55,283 nt of DNA, taken from positions 1 through 55,283 of IMG/VR virus record IMGVR_UViG_3300032239_000671; one strand, 5' to 3'. This DNA is from a virus. Its lineage: Duplodnaviria; Caudoviricetes. The notes beneath the pieces were generated by a model. It did no database searches and was not told where the DNA came from. It saw only the letters and a list, made by a program, of their open reading frames with translations. Positions within the stretch are counted from its first letter, which is position 1. Every line of letters begins with the position of its first letter. This document shows, in pieces, positions 1 through 9,003 of the stretch. The position numbers were made by a program, and so were the translations under genes.

Positions 1-10
1 ACTTGATTAC

Positions 11-349
11 TTGGAAAAAGAACAAAAAGCTCTTCGTCTAGAACTATTTGAAGTTTTAGATATTGAAGGAGAAGAAGACGATAAAGGTAATATAGTTTTA
101 GAACTTCCAGAAGAAGTAGATGGATACAGTGCTGTAGTTAAGCAACGTCGTGTATCTCGCAAAATTGATGAGTTCCGAGCAGAAGAACTTATCATTGAAA
201 AAGGAATGGAAGACACTCTTTACAAAACAATTCGTGTTGTTGACGAAGACGCTTTGATGGCTGCTTTGTATAACGATGAATTAACAGAAGCAGAAGTTGA
301 TGAGATGTACCCATCTTCAGTTACTTGGGCGCTTGTCTTAAAGAAGTAA
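11..349 (+). CDS. Hypothetical phage protein, probably 5'-truncated by the window edge
   Basis: Acidic helical ORF directly upstream of the HTH gene; no recognisable motif. Confidence 0.6.
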   Translation: MEKEQKALRLELFEVLDIEGEEDDKGNIVLELPEEVDGYSAVVKQRRVSRKIDEFRAEELIIEKGMEDTLYKTIRVVDEDALMAALYNDELTEAEVDEMYPSSVTWALVLKK

Positions 350-352
350 CCT

Positions 353-829
353 ATGGCTGGTCTACGTAGCGATGATGAGATTGAAAAAGCATTTGCTGAT
401 TTAGAGTTCATACCTGGTTCTAAAAAGAAACGCAGAGAACCAGACCCAAAAGTTTCCCGTCGTAAGGCGGGAGAAACAAATGGTTGGGATTCAACCCCAA
501 TTATTAAAAGATTAGGAGGAGTAGACACGGAAGTATTTACCATTGGTGCGTTAGCGCAAGCTTTGGAAAAATCTATTGTGTCTGTCCGCCTATGGGAGCG
601 TAAAGGGTATATTCCTAGAGCGCCGTACAGACTTCGTGCCAAAACTCTTGGCGGGAAAAAAACTGGCGGCAATCGTGTGTATACTCGGGCGCTCATAGAA
701 GCCACGATTGACGAATTCGCCAAAAGAGGCTTACTAGGTACTGCTCGTGTAGAGTGGGGCCAGCACGAAGACCTTACAGAGGCATTAATAAGCCGCTGGA
801 AGGCAGTTACATCCACCGAGAGCCGTTAG
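353..829 (+). CDS. MerR-like helix-turn-helix DNA-binding protein
   Basis: FTIGALAQALEKSIVSVRLWERKGYIP...GNRVYT matches the MerR winged-HTH pattern. Confidence 0.75.
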   Translation: MAGLRSDDEIEKAFADLEFIPGSKKKRREPDPKVSRRKAGETNGWDSTPIIKRLGGVDTEVFTIGALAQALEKSIVSVRLWERKGYIPRAPYRLRAKTLGGKKTGGNRVYTRALIEATIDEFAKRGLLGTARVEWGQHEDLTEALISRWKAVTSTESR

Positions 830-851
830 GCCTCATTACCTAAGGAACCAA

Positions 852-1502
852 ATGACAATCACAAAGCCGTCAGTTGATGCTGACACATATCTCGCTGAAG
901 ACAGCGAAGACCTCCAACCTAAAGTTGGAACAACAGTTCAAGAAGGTTGGGATGCAGTAGAAGCTTTGCTTTCCGCAAACAACTCTGAGTTTCCAACAGA
1001 TTTCCGTTTTGCCGATGAGCCACAGCTCATTAAGTTTTTGCAAGACCGCCCATTTGCAACTTATGAACAGCATTGGATTGAACGCCCAAAGGGTAAGAAA
1101 TCTTTTGTATGTCTTGGCGATAGTTGCCCACTCTGCGAGATACTTGGTGACAAGCCTCGTGGAAAGTTTGCGTTCAATATTCTTGTACTTGTTGGCGATA
1201 CAGTTGGCGTACAGGTTTTGACTGCACCACCTTCACTTGCTCGTCAGATTAAGAAAGCACATGATGATGAGCGTAAGGGACCACTTGACCGTGAGTTCTG
1301 GGAAATTTCTCGCATGGGTACAGGGCCAACTACGCAGTACACATTAAACTACGTACGTGGTCGTGACCTTGCTGAGGAGTGGAAGTTGTCTTTGGACAAC
1401 GTTAACGAACAAATTGCAGCCGCTGTACCCTTCACAGCGGACGAAGTAGTACGTGAGACCCCTCGCTCCGAACTCCTTGAAATTGCTCGTTCAATAGCGT
1501 AA
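852..1502 (+). CDS. Single-stranded DNA-binding protein, T4 gp32-like
   Basis: IKFL..QHW..FVC..CPLC Zn motif, RMGTGPTTQY; lies directly before the DNA polymerase; RBS AAGGA. Confidence 0.7.
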   Translation: MTITKPSVDADTYLAEDSEDLQPKVGTTVQEGWDAVEALLSANNSEFPTDFRFADEPQLIKFLQDRPFATYEQHWIERPKGKKSFVCLGDSCPLCEILGDKPRGKFAFNILVLVGDTVGVQVLTAPPSLARQIKKAHDDERKGPLDREFWEISRMGTGPTTQYTLNYVRGRDLAEEWKLSLDNVNEQIAAAVPFTADEVVRETPRSELLEIARSIA

Positions 1503-1512
1503 AGCTTCCACA

Positions 1513-1559
1513 GTAGTGGGGGGTCTGTCTTCCGTTTCCAGACCCCCCATTACATTTTC
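1513..1559 (+). terminator. Hairpin / intrinsic terminator after ssb (15-bp stem, 11-nt CU-rich loop)
   Basis: GTAGTGGGGGGTCTG-tcttccgtttc-CAGACCCCCCATTAC followed by ATTTT. Confidence 0.7.
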
Positions 1560-1573
1560 TAGAGGGGATTTTA

Positions 1574-3571
1574 ATGAACATAATTACCACAAAAGAACAG
1601 TTACAAGACCTTGTTGAGTTTTACTCTAAGGTAAGTGGGTTTGCATTTGACGTTGAAACTATTGGTGAAAATAGGATTCAACCCGTAGTAAATGATGTGT
1701 TGTGGATTTCATTTGCTACAGATGGTAGAACAGACGTTATTCCTATGGGGCATCCTAATGGCGATTTTTTGCATTGGGATAAAGAGTTGCTGTTAAGTGG
1801 GCAAAAGAAACTTGCTGTTGGAAAAGAAATAAAAGAAACTGATTACTCTAAAAATCAAGCAAAGTGGAATCCGGTGTTTGATGCACCTCCTGTTCAGTTG
1901 CTTCCCGGAGATGTGTTCAAGGCTCTTAAACCTTTGTTTTTTAGTAACAAATTAAAAGTTGGACATAATGTTAAGTTTGATTTGAAGTCAATTGCTAAGT
2001 ATTACCGAGGCGTTGTTCCTCAAAAACCTTTTTTTGATACTTTGATGGCTGCATTTATTTTAGATAACCGTAACCGAGGAAAACTTGGGTTAAAAGATTG
2101 TGCAGAAAAATATTTAAAAATTAAAGTTGAAAAAGGAATTGGTGCAATGGTTGAAGCTCATTCTTTTTCTGACGTTGCTTATTATTCAGGGTTTGATTCT
2201 GAGGTAACTTGGAAACTATACAAAGAGTTGTCTCCAAAATTAACCGGAAGTCTTGCCCGTGTATGGGGATTAGAGATGGATGTAGTAGGTGCACTTTGTG
2301 ATATGGAGTTAGCTGGTGCAACCGTTGACGTAGAAGAGCTTGAAAATTTAAAGAAAAGATTAGAAGTTGATATTGATGATGCTAAAGCTCGTGCTTGGAA
2401 ACTAGCAGGTAAAGCATTTTCTATGAACTCTGTACAAGAAAAGCAACAAATTTTGTTTTCTCCTAAACCAGAAGGTAGAGGAATTAAACCTAACTTAAAA
2501 GTAAAAATTGCTTTGACTAGCAAAGGTCAAGACATGTTAGCTGCAGGACAACTTCCAACTATTAATCAATATTCCGTATCGTCTGATGCTTTGGAATTTT
2601 ATCGTTCTAAAGACGAATTAGTTGATGCTATTTTAGATTATCAAGATTTAAACAAGCTTATGACCACTTATGTAATGCCATATTTAGGTGGAGAAATTAC
2701 TAGGACCAGCCTTGGTAAATCTCGTATTGTGGAAAAAAAGTCACTTATGATTGATGGAAAAGTACACACAAGTTTTAAATCGCATGGAGCAGAGACTGGA
2801 AGATTTTCTAGTAGCGACCCAAATTTACAAAATATTCCAAGTAGCGGTAAATACGGTAAATTAATTCGCAACCTGTTCGTTGCTCCTCCAGGTTATAAGT
2901 TAGTTGTTGCAGACTATTCACAGATTGAACCTCGTATTGTGGCATCGTTTTCTAACGACCCCATCATGATGGATAATTATTTAAATGGTAAAGACATATA
3001 CACAACTATTGGTGACACTGTTGGTTTAGACCGTAAAGCAGGTAAAGTATTAGTTTTAGCAATGACTTATGGTGTTGGGCCAGACAAAATTGCTTCTTCT
3101 TTGGGGTTGTCTGTAGACGCAGCAAAAAAACTTTTAAATGATTTTACTAAACAATTTAATGATATTGATAAATATAAAGCAAAAGTAATTAGGTTGGCTT
3201 CTCAACGTGGGCCAACTCCTTATGTAGAAACATTATTTGGTCGTCGTAGATACATTTCAGATTTAAAAAGTTCTGATAGAGGGTTAAAAAGTAGAGCAGA
3301 CCGTCAAGCTTTTAATACCGTTATTCAAGGTTCTGCAGCAGATATTATGAAATTAGCCATTGTTAGGGCACATTCGTGTTTCGTAAAAGAGCCAGATGTT
3401 AATGTACTATTGACTGTGCACGATGAACTCGTTACTGTTACCCGTGAAGACCTAGTACAAGAAACAGCTGAAGCGATTCGGGAGTCTATGGAAAACATTA
3501 AATTGCCAGAGATTACAGTGCCGTTAATTGCTGACGTAAAAATTGTAGACAAGTGGGGAGAAGCTAAATGA
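1574..3571 (+). CDS. polA: DNA polymerase, family A (3'-5' exonuclease plus polymerase, no 5'-3' exonuclease)
   Basis: FDVET (ExoI), GHNVKFD (ExoII), TGRFSSSDPNLQNIP, ADYSQIEPR (motif A), RKAGK..TYG (motif B), VHDEL (motif C). Confidence 0.97.
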   Translation: MNIITTKEQLQDLVEFYSKVSGFAFDVETIGENRIQPVVNDVLWISFATDGRTDVIPMGHPNGDFLHWDKELLLSGQKKLAVGKEIKETDYSKNQAKWNPVFDAPPVQLLPGDVFKALKPLFFSNKLKVGHNVKFDLKSIAKYYRGVVPQKPFFDTLMAAFILDNRNRGKLGLKDCAEKYLKIKVEKGIGAMVEAHSFSDVAYYSGFDSEVTWKLYKELSPKLTGSLARVWGLEMDVVGALCDMELAGATVDVEELENLKKRLEVDIDDAKARAWKLAGKAFSMNSVQEKQQILFSPKPEGRGIKPNLKVKIALTSKGQDMLAAGQLPTINQYSVSSDALEFYRSKDELVDAILDYQDLNKLMTTYVMPYLGGEITRTSLGKSRIVEKKSLMIDGKVHTSFKSHGAETGRFSSSDPNLQNIPSSGKYGKLIRNLFVAPPGYKLVVADYSQIEPRIVASFSNDPIMMDNYLNGKDIYTTIGDTVGLDRKAGKVLVLAMTYGVGPDKIASSLGLSVDAAKKLLNDFTKQFNDIDKYKAKVIRLASQRGPTPYVETLFGRRRYISDLKSSDRGLKSRADRQAFNTVIQGSAADIMKLAIVRAHSCFVKEPDVNVLLTVHDELVTVTREDLVQETAEAIRESMENIKLPEITVPLIADVKIVDKWGEAK

Positions 3572-3954
3572 GTAATGCAGACTGGTGGGCCAAACAACTT
3601 GGGACTAAACCTCAAGCACCGGTTCAACGTCCAACAAACAACCCAATGCCACCTACACAACAGCCTATGACGCAGTATGTCCCACCCCAACCTAAGGTGA
3701 CGCAAACAACTGCGCAAAGCGCATCTCAAACAGCTCGTTGTCCAGAATGTTCTGGAAACAATTATTTAGCAGTACAAAATGCAGCCCCACGTTGCTACGA
3801 CTGTGGTTACCCAATTAGCCAATCGGGAAGCCGTTATGGAGCATTAACTGGAGCAAAAGTAGAAGGCGCTGCAAAAGGCGCAATTGGAAATGATGTAAGA
3901 AATAACTTTAACCCAATGCCAGATGGATACAATGCGGACGGAAGTAAGAGATGA
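3568..3954 (+). CDS. Hypothetical Zn-ribbon protein
   Basis: CPEC...CYDC; ATGA overlaps with both neighbours. Confidence 0.7.
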   Translation: MSNADWWAKQLGTKPQAPVQRPTNNPMPPTQQPMTQYVPPQPKVTQTTAQSASQTARCPECSGNNYLAVQNAAPRCYDCGYPISQSGSRYGALTGAKVEGAAKGAIGNDVRNNFNPMPDGYNADGSKR

Positions 3955-5000
3955 TAAATGCTGAAGCACGTAAACTTATCGCACAACTTAACAAAAAGTT
4001 TAAAAGTGATGTTGTTGTTATGGCGTCTGATATTCGTGGCGATATTATTCCCCGTATTACTAGTGGTAGTACCACTTTGGATTACGTTTTGGGCGGTGGT
4101 TTCCCGGGTAATCAATGGAACGAACTTATTGGAGAACCGTCACACGGTAAAACAGCTCTCGCTCTTAAAACTATTGCGGCAAATCAAGCGTTAAACCCTG
4201 ATTACACCACTGTATGGGTAGCAGCAGAACAATGGGTTCCTGAATATGCTCATATGTGCGGAGTTGATACTGAAAGAGTTATTGTAATTGAAACGTCTAT
4301 TATGGAAGAGGCTTATCAAGCAGTCATTGAGTTTGCTGAATCAAAATCTGTAGATGCAATCGTCATTGATTCATTGCCAGCACTGTCTCCGATGCCAGAA
4401 ATGGAAAAAGATATGAGTGAAGCCACTGTTGGTCGTGGAGCACTCCTTACCAATAAGTTTTTCCGTGTAGTTGGAACAGCAATGAAGCGTTCTCTTACAG
4501 AAGATGAGCGTCCCGTATTGGGCCTTATCATCAATCAATACCGTATGAAAATTGGTGTGATGCACGGAGACCCCCGCACAACCCCTGGTGGAGAAGGTAA
4601 GAACTACGCTTTCTTTACTCGTTGTGAGGTACGACGTAAGGAATGGATTGAGATTGGTTCCGGTACCAATAAAACTCGTGTAGGTCAACAAATTGTTGTA
4701 CGTACATTGAAGAATAAAACTGCACCACCACAGCGTGTTGCATATTTTGATTTCTACTTTGCAGAAGGTGGTTCCTGTGCTCCAGGAGAATTTGATTTCG
4801 CTAAAGAAATTGCTTCTCTTGCTGTAATTATGGGGGTCGTTGACCGCAAAGGTGGTTGGTTCTATCTTGGTGAACGCAAATGGCAGGGTATTGAATCTGT
4901 CATTGCTAGTATCCGTGAAGAAGTTGACCTTAAAGAAGAGTTACAAAAAGCTGTACTTTCATCGGATGCCGCACCGTTGTTGGCGGATGATGAAGACTGA
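3951..5000 (+). CDS. recA: RecA-like recombinase
   Basis: Walker A GEPSHGKT, IVIDS, INQYRMKIGVMHGDPRTTPGG, KNKTAPP. Confidence 0.95.
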   Translation: MINAEARKLIAQLNKKFKSDVVVMASDIRGDIIPRITSGSTTLDYVLGGGFPGNQWNELIGEPSHGKTALALKTIAANQALNPDYTTVWVAAEQWVPEYAHMCGVDTERVIVIETSIMEEAYQAVIEFAESKSVDAIVIDSLPALSPMPEMEKDMSEATVGRGALLTNKFFRVVGTAMKRSLTEDERPVLGLIINQYRMKIGVMHGDPRTTPGGEGKNYAFFTRCEVRRKEWIEIGSGTNKTRVGQQIVVRTLKNKTAPPQRVAYFDFYFAEGGSCAPGEFDFAKEIASLAVIMGVVDRKGGWFYLGERKWQGIESVIASIREEVDLKEELQKAVLSSDAAPLLADDED

Positions 5001-5307
5001 AGGACAAAAACAATCTCAGAAACACGAGAAGAGACTTGCCAAAAAAATTGGCGGTAAAACTATGGCTGCATCTGGAGCGTTTTGGTCTCACAAAGGAGAT
5101 GTTCGGTCAAGCGACCTCTTGATTGAACACAAATTTACTGGAAAAAAGTCTTTTTCAGTAAAATCGGAGGTGTTGAAAAAAATAACCAGAGAGGCAATCC
5201 TTGATGGACGTATGCCCGTATTGGGTGTTCATCTGGACGGGGAGAATTATGTAATTCTTCTTGAAGACGATTTCTTAGAGATGAGGGACCGACTAAAGGA
5301 TGCCTAA
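4987..5307 (+). CDS. PD-(D/E)XK nuclease, Hjc-type Holliday junction resolvase-like
   Basis: HEKRLAK..SGA..KGDV..LIEHK; start re-assigned to the ATG overlapping the recA end. Confidence 0.65.
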   Translation: MMKTEGQKQSQKHEKRLAKKIGGKTMAASGAFWSHKGDVRSSDLLIEHKFTGKKSFSVKSEVLKKITREAILDGRMPVLGVHLDGENYVILLEDDFLEMRDRLKDA

Positions 5308-5310
5308 TAC

Positions 5311-5643
5311 ATGTATGAAGAAGAATCACCATGGTGGTCTAAAGCTCGTTGCTTTGGAGCCGCTCCCAAACACCGGGGAGAAGAAGATATTTTCTACCCG
5401 CCTAGAGATAAAGAGAAATACAAATCCATAGCTGAACAAGCAAAAGTTTATTGCTTTGGAGAAAATGGCAAAAATCCATGTCCAGTATTGAAAGATTGTT
5501 TGTGGGATGCGGTTAGCCGTGACGAACCACATGGAATCTGGGGCGGATTGAGTCACAGAGAAAGAAATGCTTTAATACGTAAGTGGAAAAAAACATTCGC
5601 TAAGAAGATGACACTAAAAGAGTACATTTTCAGTAAGGACTAA
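5311..5643 (+). CDS. whiB: WhiB-family transcription factor
   Basis: W..ARC..IF..AK..C...CPV..CL..A..GIWGG..ER. Confidence 0.88.
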   Translation: MYEEESPWWSKARCFGAAPKHRGEEDIFYPPRDKEKYKSIAEQAKVYCFGENGKNPCPVLKDCLWDAVSRDEPHGIWGGLSHRERNALIRKWKKTFAKKMTLKEYIFSKD

Positions 5644-5644
5644 A

Positions 5645-6502
5645 ATGGCAACAGAACTTAAGAAGTTCTTAGATGCAAAGAAAACGACAACACGCTTATT
5701 GGGCGATGTTGAACGGCACCTTATGCGCCGTCCGCTGGATGACCGTCGTCAGGATGTTCTCCACCCGTCAGAAATTATTAAACCTGACTGGTGTCACCGT
5801 TATTCATATTACCTGTTAACGGGTGGAGAGGCGACAAGAGACAGGCCAAACCTACGATTGCAAAACATTTTTGATGAAGGACATTACATCCATGCTAAAT
5901 GGCAATCTCGTTTTCACGAGATGGGAGTTTTGTATGGCAAGTTCCAGTGCCAACATTGTGGACTTGCTGTTACCGGTGTATCCCCAAAGTGGTGCATGAA
6001 CTGTGAAGACCGTCGCATGGAGTACAAGGAAGTCACTCTAGTAGATGAAACTTTACGAATTGCTGGGCATACTGATGGCTGGCTTAAGGGTCTTGGTGAA
6101 GATTGCCTGATTGAGATTAAGTCTATTGGAGCAGGAACATTACGCTTTGAAGCTCCAGAGATTTTGGCTGATGCTGATGGGGATATTGCTAAAGCATTTA
6201 ACAATATTCGCCGCCCATTTCGTTCTCACCTATTGCAAGGTCAAATGTATTTAGAGCTATCTCGCCGTATGTTTGGAGATGCAGCTCCTAAAGAAATTGT
6301 CTTTTTGTACGAAAATAAAGCTGACCAAGCTACAAAAGAATTTACAGTACGAGCAGATTACGAGATTGTAGAACGTATCTTCTTTAAGGCTGAAAAGCTT
6401 ATGAAGGCTGTTGAAAACAAAGAAATGCCTGAATGCAACGTTAGCTCTGATGGGTGTAAACAGTGTAACAAACTTGTAGATTTAGGAGATTGGGATGCTT
6501 AA
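5645..6502 (+). CDS. Cas4-like PD-(D/E)XK exonuclease
   Basis: HPSE..WCHR, EGHYIH, GHTDG, IEIKS, QGQMY, C-terminal C..CKQC. Confidence 0.8.
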   Translation: MATELKKFLDAKKTTTRLLGDVERHLMRRPLDDRRQDVLHPSEIIKPDWCHRYSYYLLTGGEATRDRPNLRLQNIFDEGHYIHAKWQSRFHEMGVLYGKFQCQHCGLAVTGVSPKWCMNCEDRRMEYKEVTLVDETLRIAGHTDGWLKGLGEDCLIEIKSIGAGTLRFEAPEILADADGDIAKAFNNIRRPFRSHLLQGQMYLELSRRMFGDAAPKEIVFLYENKADQATKEFTVRADYEIVERIFFKAEKLMKAVENKEMPECNVSSDGCKQCNKLVDLGDWDA

Positions 6503-6983
6503 TTTAGGACCAATGTCCGATTTAGCCGTAAAAAAAATGGCTGAGCAGAATATCAATATGTGGCCTGACCAGTCAGACCAGCCTAAGATGCCAAAAGACA
6601 TTTCAATTCTAGATAGCGATGAACTAAGTGCATTGTTTACTCAGCTTACAGCGTGGTCCAACTATGTAGCAGGACAGCTAGCTGCAGCTCAAGTAGACGA
6701 GCATGTATTAAACAAAAAGAAAGATTCTTTAGAAGCTAAATTGTTCTTAGATAAAGACAATACAAAAGTTAAAGGTGAACGGGTTACGCTTATAAAAGCA
6801 CAAGTAGCCGCCGATTCTCGTGTAGAAGATTTGGAAAATCAACTTACTCACGCTTATGCTTATCGCAAGATGGTTGAAGTTGTAGCCAACAACTTTGAGA
6901 GGGATGTGGCGTTAGTTTCAAGAGAAATTACACGCCGAACAAACGATATACGTATGTCACGGAAGGACAGACTAAGCACATGA
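6495..6983 (+). CDS. Hypothetical coiled-coil protein (possible recombination mediator)
   Basis: Helical ORF coupled to the exonuclease gene; function inferred only from context. Confidence 0.55.
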   Translation: MLNLGPMSDLAVKKMAEQNINMWPDQSDQPKMPKDISILDSDELSALFTQLTAWSNYVAGQLAAAQVDEHVLNKKKDSLEAKLFLDKDNTKVKGERVTLIKAQVAADSRVEDLENQLTHAYAYRKMVEVVANNFERDVALVSREITRRTNDIRMSRKDRLST

Positions 6984-7834
6984 GAAAAGCATTATTTTTA
7001 TTTGTAACAGTTCTTGGGGCAACAGTTACCCCTGCACAAGCAGCACCGGAACCTTCAATTGTTGTTATTGATTCCGGAATGAACACTTCTTTGTTTAAAA
7101 ATGTTATAGCTGAGTACTGCGTGGTAGAGATGTTTACTTGCCCTAACGGTAAACCACAGATGGAAGGTATTGGAGCAGCAAACATTCCCGTTTCTACCAA
7201 TGTCACCCTTACACATGGAACAGAAATGGCTTCAGTTATTGCTCAAGTAAACCCAACTGCAAACATCATTCCAATAAGGATTGTAGGAATTGCTTCCAAT
7301 GGTTACCCAGGGTTGTATAGTAATAATGCTGTTAAATCAGCATTAGATTGGGTACTAGTTAATGTAACAAAATATAACATTCGTATTGTTAATATTTCAC
7401 AAGGCAAAATATTTGCTAATTGTGGTGTGCCAGAAGGTATGGCAGCAGATGTTTCTCAATTAAAAACATTGGGCGTAACAGTTGTAGCAGCTACAGGTAA
7501 CGACTCTAATAGAACTGCAATGATGAGCCCAGCATGTCTTCCAAATGTAGTTTCGGTTGGAGCAACTGATAATCCAGATTCTGGAACAACTGGAAAAACT
7601 TGGAATCCAACAGCAAAACCTTACATTGCTAGATATAGTAATGGAACTGCACAAACTACCTATTACACAAATGCACGTTTTAAAGTATTGCAACCTAACG
7701 GAACAACAAAATTTATGGTTGGCACATCTAATTCTGCAGCAGCAATATCTGCATGGTTATTAACTCATCCAACACCTGACACAACTACAGCAAGTAATGA
7801 ATGGTTAACGGGAAGGTATGTATTCATTCCATGA
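6980..7834 (+). CDS. Secreted subtilisin-like serine protease (S8)
   Basis: Signal peptide ending AQA; VIDSG (Asp), HGT (His), ATGN (oxyanion Asn), GTS (Ser). Confidence 0.88.
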   Translation: MRKALFLFVTVLGATVTPAQAAPEPSIVVIDSGMNTSLFKNVIAEYCVVEMFTCPNGKPQMEGIGAANIPVSTNVTLTHGTEMASVIAQVNPTANIIPIRIVGIASNGYPGLYSNNAVKSALDWVLVNVTKYNIRIVNISQGKIFANCGVPEGMAADVSQLKTLGVTVVAATGNDSNRTAMMSPACLPNVVSVGATDNPDSGTTGKTWNPTAKPYIARYSNGTAQTTYYTNARFKVLQPNGTTKFMVGTSNSAAAISAWLLTHPTPDTTTASNEWLTGRYVFIP

Positions 7835-8367
7835 TTATTGGGCTAACAGGGTATGCACGTTCCGGAAAAGATACTGTTGCAAATATTCTTGTAGAGAATT
7901 ATGGGTATAAACGAATTGCATTTGCCGATAAAATACGGGAATTATTATATGAAACTAATCCACAAGTAGGTGGAAATAGATTGCAACATTTAATATCTAC
8001 TTATGGATGGGAAGTTGCTAAATCACAACCAGAGGTAAGGCATTTGCTGCAATCTTTGGGGGTTGGTGCTCGTAAAACTTTTGGAGACAATCATTGGATT
8101 GTTGAAGCGTTAAAAAACATAACCCGTGAAGGCAATTACGTAATAACAGATGTACGATTTAAAAACGAAGCGGAATGGTTAAAAGATATTTACAATGCAG
8201 AAATTTGGCGGGTTACACGACCAGGAGTAAAAGCAATTAATTCCCACATTTCTGAAACTCAATTAGACGATTATAAATTTGATTTTACTTTACACAACGA
8301 GGGCACACTTGAAGAACTAGGATGGCTAGTTCAAACAAGAATGGGTTCCCTCAAAAATGACCAGTAA
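7831..8367 (+). CDS. Deoxynucleoside monophosphate kinase
   Basis: IIGLTGYARSGKDT P-loop, FAD, ITDVRFKNE, HISE; start at ATGA overlap. Confidence 0.88.
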   Translation: MIIGLTGYARSGKDTVANILVENYGYKRIAFADKIRELLYETNPQVGGNRLQHLISTYGWEVAKSQPEVRHLLQSLGVGARKTFGDNHWIVEALKNITREGNYVITDVRFKNEAEWLKDIYNAEIWRVTRPGVKAINSHISETQLDDYKFDFTLHNEGTLEELGWLVQTRMGSLKNDQ

Positions 8368-8950
8368 ATTAATTGACGGCGGTTTAGAAAAAACAGGCAA
8401 CGTAACTATTGGTATTGACCAATCGTTAACGGGGTTTGCGTTAACTGTACTATCTGCAGATGACCCAACAAAACATTTAACATGGGTATATAAATCTCCT
8501 TATTTTGGTATTGAGCGTCTTGTAGATATCCGTCAATGGTTAACTGACACACTTAATTACATTGAAATGGAAATTGAGATGAACATTGTGGACATTGCCA
8601 TGGAAGGCACTGTTCTTGCAAGTCAAGCAGCGTTGGTTCTTGGTGAGTTGTCTGCCACAGTAAGACTTGCTATTTATGATTTATTTGACGATGACGGGGA
8701 TTGCCGTCGTTATCCTTTAAAAGTTCCTCCAATGACATTAAAAAAGTACGCAGCAGGTAAAGGTAACGCCAAAAAACAGGAAATGCTTTTACAAATTTAT
8801 AAACGATGGGGCGTAGAGTTTAACGACGATAATGCTGCTGATTCCTATGCTTTGGCACGCCTTGTAGGAAAATTTTCAATTAATGAGGTTGAAAAGGCAG
8901 TAGTCGTTCAAATGTCAGACCCCAAATACAGAGACGCATCAAGGTTTTAA
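8357..8950 (+). CDS. ruvC: RuvC-like Holliday junction resolvase
   Basis: IGIDQSLTG, AMEG, LKKYAAGKGNAKK, DDNAADSYAL. Confidence 0.85.
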   Translation: MTSKLIDGGLEKTGNVTIGIDQSLTGFALTVLSADDPTKHLTWVYKSPYFGIERLVDIRQWLTDTLNYIEMEIEMNIVDIAMEGTVLASQAALVLGELSATVRLAIYDLFDDDGDCRRYPLKVPPMTLKKYAAGKGNAKKQEMLLQIYKRWGVEFNDDNAADSYALARLVGKFSINEVEKAVVVQMSDPKYRDASRF

Positions 8951-9003
8951 ACGTATCCTTAAGTTTGGGAGTGGCATACCAAACCGAACTAAAGGACTAA
9001 CAA

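Noticed and set aside
220-816. 198-aa minus-strand ORF
   Set aside because: Antisense to two well-formed plus-strand genes; no RBS or motif
5645-6502. Cas4-like gene as a sign of a CRISPR-Cas system
   Set aside because: No repeat-spacer array or other cas genes in the window; stand-alone Cas4-like nucleases are common in phage replication modules
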